A stretch of 64,000 nt of DNA from assembly GCA_002811645.1 (NCBI GenBank), contig PDIP01000088.1, positions 1 through 64,000 of the forward strand, written 5' to 3'. Origin of the DNA: Corallochytrium limacisporum Hawaii. Taxonomy: Eukaryota > Protista > Pluriformea. Positions within the stretch are counted from its first letter, which is position 1; each line of letters opens with the position of its first letter. Of the stretch, positions 41,421-50,854 are shown piece after piece. The position numbers and the translations under genes were made by a program. The notes beneath the pieces were generated by a model, which had not been told where the DNA came from, made no database searches, and was given only the letters and a program-made list of their open reading frames with translations.

Positions 41421-44400
41421 TTACTGCTGCTTACAACTGTCCCGCAGGTGCCGACGCTTGTGCGAGCGGGAAGCAGTGCTAGCGCCTGAACTCCGTAGAG
41501 TATCAGAACTGCGTCGCAGACGCTTGATGGTGCGGTCAATGATGTGCTGCGACACGACAGGGGTGGCCTCGTCCTGTTCGTCCATTCCATTCACTCGCTG
41601 GAAGAAAAGAAGGTATGCACTTTTCTTCATCACCTCCGACGAGCTGATTGGGTAGCACCTGGAATCATCGTAACACCACCACTCGGAGGTGGGCTCAGTC
41701 TTTTGACTTTTCTTGCTGGATATACTGCTATTAAGACTGTTCCCGCTCCCACCACTGTCTATGTCCATAAACGGATCTTGTACGACAGTGTCCCTGACGT
41801 GAGCAATGTAATGACCAGAATGCAGACCGCCGAGGTGATGTACCACTCCATAGAGCTGGTACAGATTGCTGAGGAAGATAGCCGTATCAATATTCTTGCG
41901 GGTACGGGCATCACCCAGAAACTCACTCACATCCCACAGATCATCCACCGGGAAGTTGACCATTGTGTCGATTTTAGAACACTGGCCACTCGAATCGTAT
42001 TCAAAGCGCTTGAGATGTACGATGAGCACCGGTGGTGCACGCCACACGCCCAGGGTCTTGATGGCCGGTTTGAAATCCTTTTCTTTGCTGCAGAAGTATG
42101 AATCTTCTTCGAGGGTTTCGTAGTCCGAGAAACTCTGCATACAAGATTCAAGATCCACGGACTTGCTCTTCGGCTCTGCGTCTTCGAGAGACGAGTGATC
42201 CACCATCTCTCTCTCCGTAGGAGTGGTGTTCGTTGGGGAGACGAGGTCCACAGCCACAGTACAGTCTCCGAGCGGGTCAATGAGTTCGGTGTCACCCTCT
42301 AGAGCACATCCAGTACAGCCCTTGATCCATGTGCACTGGGCGCAGGCCTTACCATCTTTACGAGTCATTTTCAGCTCGTACGGCAGACGGAGTAGATCTG
42401 GGACTGCACGTCCACTCTCGGAGCGCGAAAATCCCTGCTGAACACTGTTTCGTGGCAGTGACGTCACTGTCGTTTCCATCTCGCGTTCCAGAGCCTTGTA
42501 GTTCACCAGATGGGATTTGAGGACCTGTTTGACCGCCATGTACAACTCCTTGTGGGTAATTGTCTTGGACATAACCACCAGCAGTGGAATGCCCACAATT
42601 TCAATGCTACCCAGTGACAGAATGCTGCGTCTGGTACCCACATCACGTAAAATTACTTGCAAAATGAAGTGCGACTCCGGGTCAAAGTACGTAAGTTCGT
42701 AGACAACTATCTGCTCGGCCTCCAAGACCTTTGCAATGCTTTCGTCTTCTGCAAAAATGGCACTAAGGGCTTTGTCCTGAAGCGCTGCAACTTGCAGTCT
42801 ACCGGCTTTGAGGTTGTCTAGTCCGCCCAGACTTTCCATTTTATGCTTTAGGTCACGCACAGTCCCTGACTTAAGAACCGCCAGCTTACACGCGTATCGA
42901 CGGCCATCAGCACGCACGAACCAGACCTTGACACTGACCCGTGCCTTCTTAGGCACAGGAAGTGACAGGAATGTGTAGGGATCAAAGGTTTTCGATTTGT
43001 ATGAACAGGAAAGACAAGTGACTTGACTGGTGAGCTGGCCTTGGAACAAGAACACAATTGTGGAGCGGTTGCGTCTCATGTGCTGTTCCCAAAACTCCTC
43101 AGCAACGTCATCGTCCGGACGTCCTTCTGTTTCCGGAGCGTCCATGTACGGCTTTGTGACTATTTTGTTTAGATCTTCATGTAGACCATCTAGAAGGAAC
43201 CCAAGCAATTCCTGTGAATCGTGCTGGCCGTAGCCGTCAAATTGTGGTGCATAACGACTGATCACTGCCTTGAGCTTGCGTGGCGCCACTGCCTCCTTGT
43301 ACTTTGAGTACCATAGCTCACGTAGCACCTTAGCATACTCTGTGGCAATCTCACCTTTCATGCCCAACGGGTTCTTGGGATTGAGATCCCTCTCGTAACC
43401 TTCATTCAGGAAGTACGAAACAATCCCAGGAGTGTGTGTAATGCACTGCAGTGCCGCATTCATGAAGCACGTATTGCCGAGATTTGTAAAGCCAACGTGG
43501 CCCGCACCCATGGGTGCCGTACTGACACTTACCTTACTGCTACGCCTCGGGGACGTGGGCCTGCTTGTCTTTTCTCCTTCGCTGCGTTTGACTTGCAGCA
43601 GACTGCGAGGGCTGAGAGGACTAGGACTGACGGAACGGCCCTTGCTGCGTGGGCTGATAACAGTCTCCATCGTTGGCACTTTCCCAGTCGTTGACGAAAG
43701 AGGCCAAGACGTGTCAATGCTTCGGATCTCCAGCACAAGTCTCTGGCCATCCACAATTGCCAATTCTTCTAGCGTCTTGTCCATGTTCTCGATCAGCTCC
43801 GGTTTCGCCTCATTGAAAGAATTCCACAATCGAGTCTCACTACCAAGTTCGAGAATATGGTCGAAGCGTTTGCGGATCACGGACACTAAAGGCTGACCCC
43901 GGGTGTCCTTGGAAACGAAAAAGGTGTCCGATTCCGTGGCCACTCGAGCAAATAGTTCCTGATTGTCGGTGGGGTTGCCCGTGCTGCGGTTGCGGCGGTG
44001 ACCCCGAGTAATCGGAGCGGCTCCCTCTCTCTTCCGCGGCAAACTTAGACTGTTGTCGCGATGATGTGCTCCTCCTCTCCTGAGCTGATATACCGCACGA
44101 GTTGGTCGCGGGCTGGTGGCATCGTATGTCGATTTTGACGGAGACACATCCTCTTCAACGTCCGACTGTGCCGCAGTTGAACCGGCCTTCGAACCACCCG
44201 TGGAGCGTTTCCAACGCTCTGCGTACACAACGCTGATCTTTAATTGCAAAGGGTAGAGCTCCACCCTAGTAGCGACAGTATCTCCCTTCATAGTTGTGGC
44301 CGGAGTCCCTTTGGCTTTAATGTACTCGCGTCCAATCAGAGACTGGCGCCGCTGCATGGATCGGCGAATGATCCGGCGAGCAATTGCTGGTCCACCACCA

Positions 44401-45911
44401 TACCACGCACTAAGCTGCTTCCAAACCTCTCCACACACAATCACGTAGTCGTTGTTCTCGATCAGATTCTTCCGCAGCAGAGGTTCTAGGGTGGTCAGTG
44501 ATTCTGCGGTTACAATCTCCGAATTGTCGATCAGGCTCGGGCGAAATACAATATTGAGTGTGCTGCTTGGGTTTGTGAGTTCCTGAGAGCTCGTGTGTGA
44601 CTCCCTGTCATTCATACTCAATGCCTGCAGCATCGAAGGACTGAATGCGCCACCACTGGCCATTGAAAAGCTGCCGATGCTGTCGGCTGTCAACGATGAT
44701 TCTGCCATGGATGGTCGTTCCGGTAGGCTAGGTTCCTCTCCTTTACGCAGGGCATCTGCCACTACATTATACTTTGTGTAGTCCTCCCAATTGCGCCACC
44801 ATACCGCACTAATCACATAAACTGTATCACCAATGCTAAGCCTGCTGTGTTCTTCTCGGAGATTGTAAATTATTTGGGCTTCTTCCACCCGGCTGGCTGG
44901 GTAGGAACGCAGTTCAAGTTCTGCTATGGCGGTCACACGTGTTAGATGCTCGACAGCCAGCGGAATCTTCGCCACCGCACGGTACAAGTCTTTGAAACTG
45001 ATGTAGTCCAAAGGCTTATGTTTTTTGCCCCTTAGTGCTGCTTTCACGTCCGCTTCGACTCCGTTTTCGTCGCCGCCTGATGCCGCAGCTCTTGTCCGTG
45101 ATCGAGTTGCCGGCATATTCCGCGGGGTGTTGCCTGCTGACTTCGATCCCCGTCGCTCAATAAGATTCGGCAGCGGACTCGTACCCCTCGGGGTCTTCGA
45201 TTTACGATGCACCGCGATTCCGTTCTCGTTGTTCTGATTGGAGTGCATGGCAACGTCGTCAAAGACTTTGTCGGCTGTGGCTTGTGCAGGACTGCGGTCG
45301 TCCAATTCCTCGTCCTCCTCTTGAACGGACGGGAAGCTTTGGCTGCTACGCTGCAAACGATGACTGTTGGCACGAGTGAGCATGGAACCATCCTCACTCA
45401 CCTTGTGATAGTTTAGCAGTTTCTTCAGGCTGGCATGTACGTCGCCCATTTTGTAGATCGCTTCGAACATCTTGGTAACCTGAACTTTGTCTACCACTGG
45501 GCTTGAATTTGCAAACAGTTTGAAACAGAATCGTAGCTTGGACTCAGCATTTGCGTTCGTGCACGTGGCCACTCCAGCCATACATGCCTTAAGGTTAACA
45601 ATGCCATCGCTCTCCTCATAGACGTCCAGGATGGGGTCCCAGAAAGCCAGTGGCACTCCCGAAAGTTCATGCAGTGCACCGGCCAAGGTGAGTCGGGCGA
45701 TCAAACCATTATGCGTCTCTGCAGACAAGTGTTTGTACACATCCATAACGTCTACTGTGCCTCTAGAATTGGTAAAGCTATCCGATTCAGACCCAGATGC
45801 CACACTGTCCCGCAGTTCCTTTTCCAGACCATATTCGACTTTGAATTTCTTCCAGCCCTCGCCAACAACGCGGAGCTCTGCCGCACTGAGGCGATGTCTC
45901 GGATTCGACAT
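41421..45911 (-). CDS. USP32: Ubiquitin-specific protease USP32-like (degenerate EF-hand region, DUSP, USP domain)
   Basis: Cys box GFTNLGNTCFMNAALQC, QHDSQELLGFLLDGLHEDLN and His box HHLGGLHSGHY. DUSP (WWRNWEDY, LSAWYGGGP). USP32-type CxxCxWxxxCxGC and a C-terminal CaaX-like CKQQ. Confidence 0.85.
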   Translation of the reverse strand: MSNPRHRLSAAELRVVGEGWKKFKVEYGLEKELRDSVASGSESDSFTNSRGTVDVMDVYKHLSAETHNGLIARLTLAGALHELSGVPLAFWDPILDVYEESDGIVNLKACMAGVATCTNANAESKLRFCFKLFANSSPVVDKVQVTKMFEAIYKMGDVHASLKKLLNYHKVSEDGSMLTRANSHRLQRSSQSFPSVQEEDEELDDRSPAQATADKVFDDVAMHSNQNNENGIAVHRKSKTPRGTSPLPNLIERRGSKSAGNTPRNMPATRSRTRAAASGGDENGVEADVKAALRGKKHKPLDYISFKDLYRAVAKIPLAVEHLTRVTAIAELELRSYPASRVEEAQIIYNLREEHSRLSIGDTVYVISAVWWRNWEDYTKYNVVADALRKGEEPSLPERPSMAESSLTADSIGSFSMASGGAFSPSMLQALSMNDRESHTSSQELTNPSSTLNIVFRPSLIDNSEIVTAESLTTLEPLLRKNLIENNDYVIVCGEVWKQLSAWYGGGPAIARRIIRRSMQRRQSLIGREYIKAKGTPATTMKGDTVATRVELYPLQLKISVVYAERWKRSTGGSKAGSTAAQSDVEEDVSPSKSTYDATSPRPTRAVYQLRRGGAHHRDNSLSLPRKREGAAPITRGHRRNRSTGNPTDNQELFARVATESDTFFVSKDTRGQPLVSVIRKRFDHILELGSETRLWNSFNEAKPELIENMDKTLEELAIVDGQRLVLEIRSIDTSWPLSSTTGKVPTMETVISPRSKGRSVSPSPLSPRSLLQVKRSEGEKTSRPTSPRRSSKVSVSTAPMGAGHVGFTNLGNTCFMNAALQCITHTPGIVSYFLNEGYERDLNPKNPLGMKGEIATEYAKVLRELWYSKYKEAVAPRKLKAVISRYAPQFDGYGQHDSQELLGFLLDGLHEDLNKIVTKPYMDAPETEGRPDDDVAEEFWEQHMRRNRSTIVFLFQGQLTSQVTCLSCSYKSKTFDPYTFLSLPVPKKARVSVKVWFVRADGRRYACKLAVLKSGTVRDLKHKMESLGGLDNLKAGRLQVAALQDKALSAIFAEDESIAKVLEAEQIVVYELTYFDPESHFILQVILRDVGTRRSILSLGSIEIVGIPLLVVMSKTITHKELYMAVKQVLKSHLVNYKALEREMETTVTSLPRNSVQQGFSRSESGRAVPDLLRLPYELKMTRKDGKACAQCTWIKGCTGCALEGDTELIDPLGDCTVAVDLVSPTNTTPTEREMVDHSSLEDAEPKSKSVDLESCMQSFSDYETLEEDSYFCSKEKDFKPAIKTLGVWRAPPVLIVHLKRFEYDSSGQCSKIDTMVNFPVDDLWDVSEFLGDARTRKNIDTAIFLSNLYQLYGVVHHLGGLHSGHYIAHVRDTVVQDPFMDIDSGGSGNSLNSSISSKKSQKTEPTSEWWCYDDSRCYPISSSEVMKKSAYLLFFQRVNGMDEQDEATPVVSQHIIDRTIKRLRRSSDTLRSSGASTASRSHKRRHLRDSCKQQ

Positions 45912-46564
45912 TTGTCGTCTCTTGCCCGATGACCCAAACGATTATTCCTACATTCTGTTATGGTATTGGGACAGGCTCTTCAGAAGTCTCCAATCGTTGT
46001 TCCTGAAACTCATCTTTATTCTACAAGAGTCTGACAGTCTTGTTTCTCTTTGCCATGTTCCTGGGGCTTAACTTTGGCCACATCCATGCACATACCTTCG
46101 TTGTGGTTTTTATTTAGTAGCTCTCCAAGCGCCTCTTTATATCGCCAGATTAGAGAGACCAGATCTCTGGACTGAGCCAAATCTGCACCGACCCATAGAT
46201 CCCTCCACCTTCAACTTTCCGCGGGTTCGCCTGCACTGTAGTTTTACTTTTCACTTCTGGTCCGACGGAAAAGGAGGAAAATGGACAGAGTAGAACAAAA
46301 TGGTCCCCAGCTTAGAAAGAGAGAATTGTGCTACTTTACATGCAGGGAACACACCCGCGCAACAATAGTTATTGCGGTACAAAGATCAAAGTCACCAAAC
46401 TGCAAAGGGGTAAAGGAAACCAGTCTGGGTCCACTGACACCGGGGCCCGGTTCCGTCCCAACCGCCCTTCTCAGCCTGGTCAATTCTTCCTCTGCGTGCG
46501 GGCCAGGATTAGGCCCGTGGGTCGCTAGTACTAAAATGATGTGAAGTATTCCTGGATCTCTCAT

Positions 46565-46586
46565 CAGGTCGCTACCAGGTCGCTAC
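46565..46586 (+). repeat. 11 bp tandem duplication CAGGTCGCTAC x2
   Basis: Direct reading; lies in the USP32/DCLRE1B divergent interval. Confidence 0.8.
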
Positions 46587-46668
46587 TATGGACATTAGTT
46601 TTTTTGTTAATGTTTTAATCAAAGCAAACTGCTCCTCCGGGACAGGAGGATTGGTGAGGGTTGGAAAC

Positions 46669-46677
46669 GGCGCGAAA
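46669..46677. promoter_or_regulatory. Candidate E2F site GGCGCGAAA upstream of DCLRE1B
   Basis: Exact reverse complement of TTTCGCGCC, about 240 bp upstream of a DNA-repair gene. Confidence 0.35.
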
Positions 46678-46917
46678 GGGGGCCGAATGAGCTCTTGACA
46701 AGATCGAGAACCCGGGGGGGTCTGAGGTTCGTTGCGCGTCGGGACATCAGGCTGCGTAGGACATCATTTGTAGCTCTCGTGTTCACAGTCCTAGGGTATA
46801 TGGTACTTGTTTAAATAGCAATGTAAAAGTAACAGGCTTTTCTAACACAATTGAGGTCACTGGAGCAAAGGATTATGGCATGTCTGCGGAGAAGCACTCG
46901 CATTGTAAGTCAATGAG

Positions 46918-48234
46918 ATGCCTGGTGTGATCATACCCAACACTCCGATTGCGGTGGACTTTTGGGGATTTCGACCAGGTCTTAAACTCTACTTCTTGAC
47001 TCATATGCATGCAGACCACACGGGAGGACTTTCGTCTTCATGGAACCATGGAACCATTTTTGCCACGCCAGATACCGCGGCTCTACTCATTCACAAGTTC
47101 CGTGTAGAGCCCAGTATAGTTCGGACATTCAAACTCGGTGATACCATACGCATTCCGATGGATCCTTCGGAACGAGTAGTTGTGCAAGTTACTGCGATCG
47201 ATGCTAACCACTGCCCGGGTGCGGCAATGTTTCTCTTTGAGGGGTACTTTGGAACCGTGCTCTGCACCGGGGACTTTCGGTACCACCCAGACATGCTCAA
47301 TCTAGACTGTCTCCGCGACAAGCATATAGATCTTTTGTACTTGGATAATACGTATGCAGACAGATTCCACGAATTTTTGCCGCCTCGAGAGGAGTGTGCG
47401 AGACAGATCCATAACATTATAGATAGGAGGAAGAACTGGCGGGTAAAGATCGCGACAGACACACTTGGTAAGGAAGAACTGTTGATCTTCCTAGCGGAGC
47501 AGTTCAGCACGAAGATAATCGTGACACCACATCGCTTTGGCGCTCTCAGAGCCCTCGGGATGGAGCAATACTTTACCACAGACCCAAAAGAAGGGTTCAT
47601 TGAGGTAGCACGAAAGACTGACATACACTCCCGTCAAATCGACGAGTGGAACAAAGAGTCCGACACAGTGGCTATTCTGGCCTCGGCTCTGTACGGCCAA
47701 CGCTTTTGGAGATCAAAGTATCTCTGTATTGTCCCATACACTCTTCACTCATCTTTCTTGGAACTGAAACGGTTTGTCAAGGCCTTGCGGCCAAGCCGCC
47801 TCCTCCCGATTGTGGCTGTACCGGACCGTCTGGACTTCGAGGCGGCATTTGCCCCATACCTCACTCCTGAGAATGAGAGCCAGTATCGCATTCCCAGGGG
47901 CATCACGGTAGCCCATGCCAAAATTTCAGTTTTCCAATCAACTCTAAGAGCCAGAGCATTCCACACAAATGAAGTTAAAGAACAAATGCGCATCTATGCA
48001 TTGGAAACAGAAGGAGAGAATACTGAGGTGGATAGCCTAGGAATTGTAGTTGTGGCTCCCTGTGACCACAGAAGTGGCCTAGGAGCGGAGTCTGGAAATG
48101 AAAATCAGCCTGCCAATCCCACTTTGCAAGACTTCCATAGTGAATCTCGTGAAGAAACAACTAGTTTTCATCAAGGCAAAACTTCCCAATCCACATTCGA
48201 TCCATTGGCCCTTTTGCTAGCTATGGATGAATAG
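46918..48234 (+). CDS. DCLRE1B: 5' exonuclease Apollo/SNM1B (beta-CASP metallo-beta-lactamase)
   Basis: The N-terminus MPGVIIPNTPIAVDFW is Apollo-like. Also HMHADH, DANHCPGA.MFLF, TGDFRY, LYLDNT, LGKEELL and PYTLHSS. Confidence 0.92.
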   Translation: MPGVIIPNTPIAVDFWGFRPGLKLYFLTHMHADHTGGLSSSWNHGTIFATPDTAALLIHKFRVEPSIVRTFKLGDTIRIPMDPSERVVVQVTAIDANHCPGAAMFLFEGYFGTVLCTGDFRYHPDMLNLDCLRDKHIDLLYLDNTYADRFHEFLPPREECARQIHNIIDRRKNWRVKIATDTLGKEELLIFLAEQFSTKIIVTPHRFGALRALGMEQYFTTDPKEGFIEVARKTDIHSRQIDEWNKESDTVAILASALYGQRFWRSKYLCIVPYTLHSSFLELKRFVKALRPSRLLPIVAVPDRLDFEAAFAPYLTPENESQYRIPRGITVAHAKISVFQSTLRARAFHTNEVKEQMRIYALETEGENTEVDSLGIVVVAPCDHRSGLGAESGNENQPANPTLQDFHSESREETTSFHQGKTSQSTFDPLALLLAMDE

Positions 48235-48378
48235 GAATTTCCACTACATACCAGGCACCCATTCAATACAAACTTTCACACGTAAATTGGTCTCATATGA
48301 GCTCAATTGAATTCTTCATGGTATTGAATTTCCAGTGTGATTTACTTCTTTATTGAATTCATGGAATGGATTGCGTAA

Positions 48379-49698
48379 TTATGATTTCCTATAGTAGGTT
48401 GCTGGTCTTTCGATCCCACCCGATAAAGCAAAGAAGTAACTAGGGAATCTGTAAATAGCGTATCCTAGTGAGAGACAAAACAGAACAAAGGACAGTAGTG
48501 CCATGTTTGTTTGTACAAATTTCACAGCCGGTGCGGATCTGCGTTGATTTTCTTGCAAATGCAATACCAGGAACAGTATTGCAGCAATTACTATAGAGAG
48601 CGCCAGAGCGTACCAGTAATGTGTATGCAAATTATAGATAAGATCGTGCTTGTAGATCAGATCAGAAATTTGCAGGATCTGCTCTCCATCCAATCGTGCG
48701 TGTACATATAGAGTCCGAAGTGGTGCGTCACCCCAGCGCTTGTAGTAAATTCCACCGTTGTTGAAAACACTATGTACAAAGGATCGGTATTCACGGTCCA
48801 AGAACTTAGGTACTGACACCAGTTCAAAGTTGTTGTACACTACGCGTTTCTCCCATTTCGGGCGGCCGTCGACAATGGTGCCAATCTGTGACCAAAGCTC
48901 TCGGTCTTTGACACCCAGGTTGTTCGTGTCCAACCATGCCGCAAAGTGGTTCCCTAGTCCTTCACGATTACACTCGTAGTCTTCCAATTCGTACGCGGCA
49001 AAGCCATATAAATACCTGCAACCACGCATCATGCGGAATGGGTCATAGGTGAAAGTGGAGAGCAGAAAGGAATCTGTATCCATACGCATGTAGTAATCGT
49101 ACTGCGCCAGCACTTCAAAAACTCCCGAGAACCAAAATTGGCACATGTGACGGTAACCAATCCCGTAAGTATAGCTGTGGCACATGTGAGTCTCCGGCAC
49201 CGGGCCCAGGTCAAATCCGTCCGGTTCTCGGAGAGCAACAGTTACTAGAGACAGCTTTGAGGACACCAAGGACTGCAATTCTTCAACATATTCCTTAGCA
49301 AGACTTGAGTATATCTCCTCATGTAGCAGTAGTACCGGATAAGGGTGCTCTGCCAGGAGGTGCCGCTCCAAAAGCATGAGTGATATGCGTAGATTTGCGA
49401 CGGTACTCTGGTCGTTGAACTTTACCAAGTAGACAATGGCTGCCTTCGGCGGTATGACGCTGTTATTGTTGAGATCTTGACTTACACAGTCATGTGCGTG
49501 CTGCAAGGACGAAGACTGTAGAATCGTAAAGCTCCAAGTCCCGATTGTAGCCGTCAGGGCAACGATGAGCATCAGCAGTTTGACATTAAGGGCCACATGT
49601 TTTCGAGAGAACATGGCGCGTACTTGACTGCGCGGGGTAAGGAATGACTGTGTTTCTGATTCCAGGAAGCCCCGTTGGGCTGTTGTGCTAAGATTCAT
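48379..49698 (-). CDS. GT15 family alpha-1,2-mannosyltransferase (KRE2/KTR-like)
   Basis: Contains GYRHMCQFW, YDYYMRMDTD, YDPF, YNNFEL and GGIYYKRWGDAP. N-terminal TM anchor. Start uncertain (49698 or the later MFSRK). Confidence 0.9.
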   Translation of the reverse strand: MNLSTTAQRGFLESETQSFLTPRSQVRAMFSRKHVALNVKLLMLIVALTATIGTWSFTILQSSSLQHAHDCVSQDLNNNSVIPPKAAIVYLVKFNDQSTVANLRISLMLLERHLLAEHPYPVLLLHEEIYSSLAKEYVEELQSLVSSKLSLVTVALREPDGFDLGPVPETHMCHSYTYGIGYRHMCQFWFSGVFEVLAQYDYYMRMDTDSFLLSTFTYDPFRMMRGCRYLYGFAAYELEDYECNREGLGNHFAAWLDTNNLGVKDRELWSQIGTIVDGRPKWEKRVVYNNFELVSVPKFLDREYRSFVHSVFNNGGIYYKRWGDAPLRTLYVHARLDGEQILQISDLIYKHDLIYNLHTHYWYALALSIVIAAILFLVLHLQENQRRSAPAVKFVQTNMALLSFVLFCLSLGYAIYRFPSYFFALSGGIERPATYYRKS

Positions 49699-50854
49699 CG
49701 CTCCAGAGAACAAATACCCATTGGTAATTTCATGATTAGCTCATTCTTATCCGTTTCGAACCAGACGCTGTCTCACCATATCATTCCTTTCGTGTCCCCC
49801 TTCCAAGTTCGCCTGTGTCGCACGTTTGTATCCGAGAAGGATATTCCCATATCTCTAATGCTGTAAGCATTGTCATATTCAAGTACCACGTCCGGATGGT
49901 AAGGCCGCAGCAATACCACTGCCGAAAGAGATCCATGTTCGGGCAGTTCCTCACTCCCTACTGCACGCCGCGAAAGCAGATGAGAAAACATTCACTTGCT
50001 GGGCCGCACCCCCCTCCCCTCCACTGTCAGTTTCTCGTGACGCCACTCCCCCGGCCCGGCGTATCCAGCACCACAGAGTCGTTCTCCCCGCTTGCGACGG
50101 ATCCGGTAGGAAGGCACTGATGAATACAGTGCCTTATTTTTTATCATGAACCATATCCGCTGATTCAGTGGAGCCAAAGAGGCTACCAGCAGGGGTGGGA
50201 GTTTTCTTCTGCAGGAAAAGGAATCCTTCGCGCCCACTAATCCGGGTTCCATTTTTACACACTTGTAATTTTCTGTGTTAGAGAAATGAGTGTGCGGAAG
50301 CCCCAGGACCGTATGTCACCCACCATCTCCTTATCCCCGCACACCACATGCGACGTTTTCTTAAGTGTGTGGTGCAAGATGGAGTGGGGTGGGGGGGGGG
50401 GCTTTGTTCCAGTTTTCATGAGAGGAAAGATGTGAGAGACCCGCCTTTCTATTTCCCTTTTCAAACATGGGCAAAGGGGACATATGCCCCGCTCCCAAAA
50501 GCGGTGGAGGGGATGAGAGGGGGTTCGTTTCTTTTCCTTCTCCGCCGAAGCCATTCGCGATGCTCCATCAATTGGGTATAGTACGCAGGGGCGGGCCACA
50601 TTAGAGACTCACGCGGTCAGAGGCCGTCTTCTTTGGGGTACTTTGGGAAATTCATACGGATCTAGGAGGTTTGTGGTTAAACTGAACAATGGTGTTTGTT
50701 AGATTGAAAAAATTAAGAGTCAGTCTACGCGATAAAGGAATACAATGTGATTTTTTTGCATAGAGACTGTGTACATGCTGTGAGAAAGTTGCGTGGACGT
50801 CAGTATGGGACATCCCACTCTTATACTTTAAATCGAATAGAAGCGACTGAAAAC

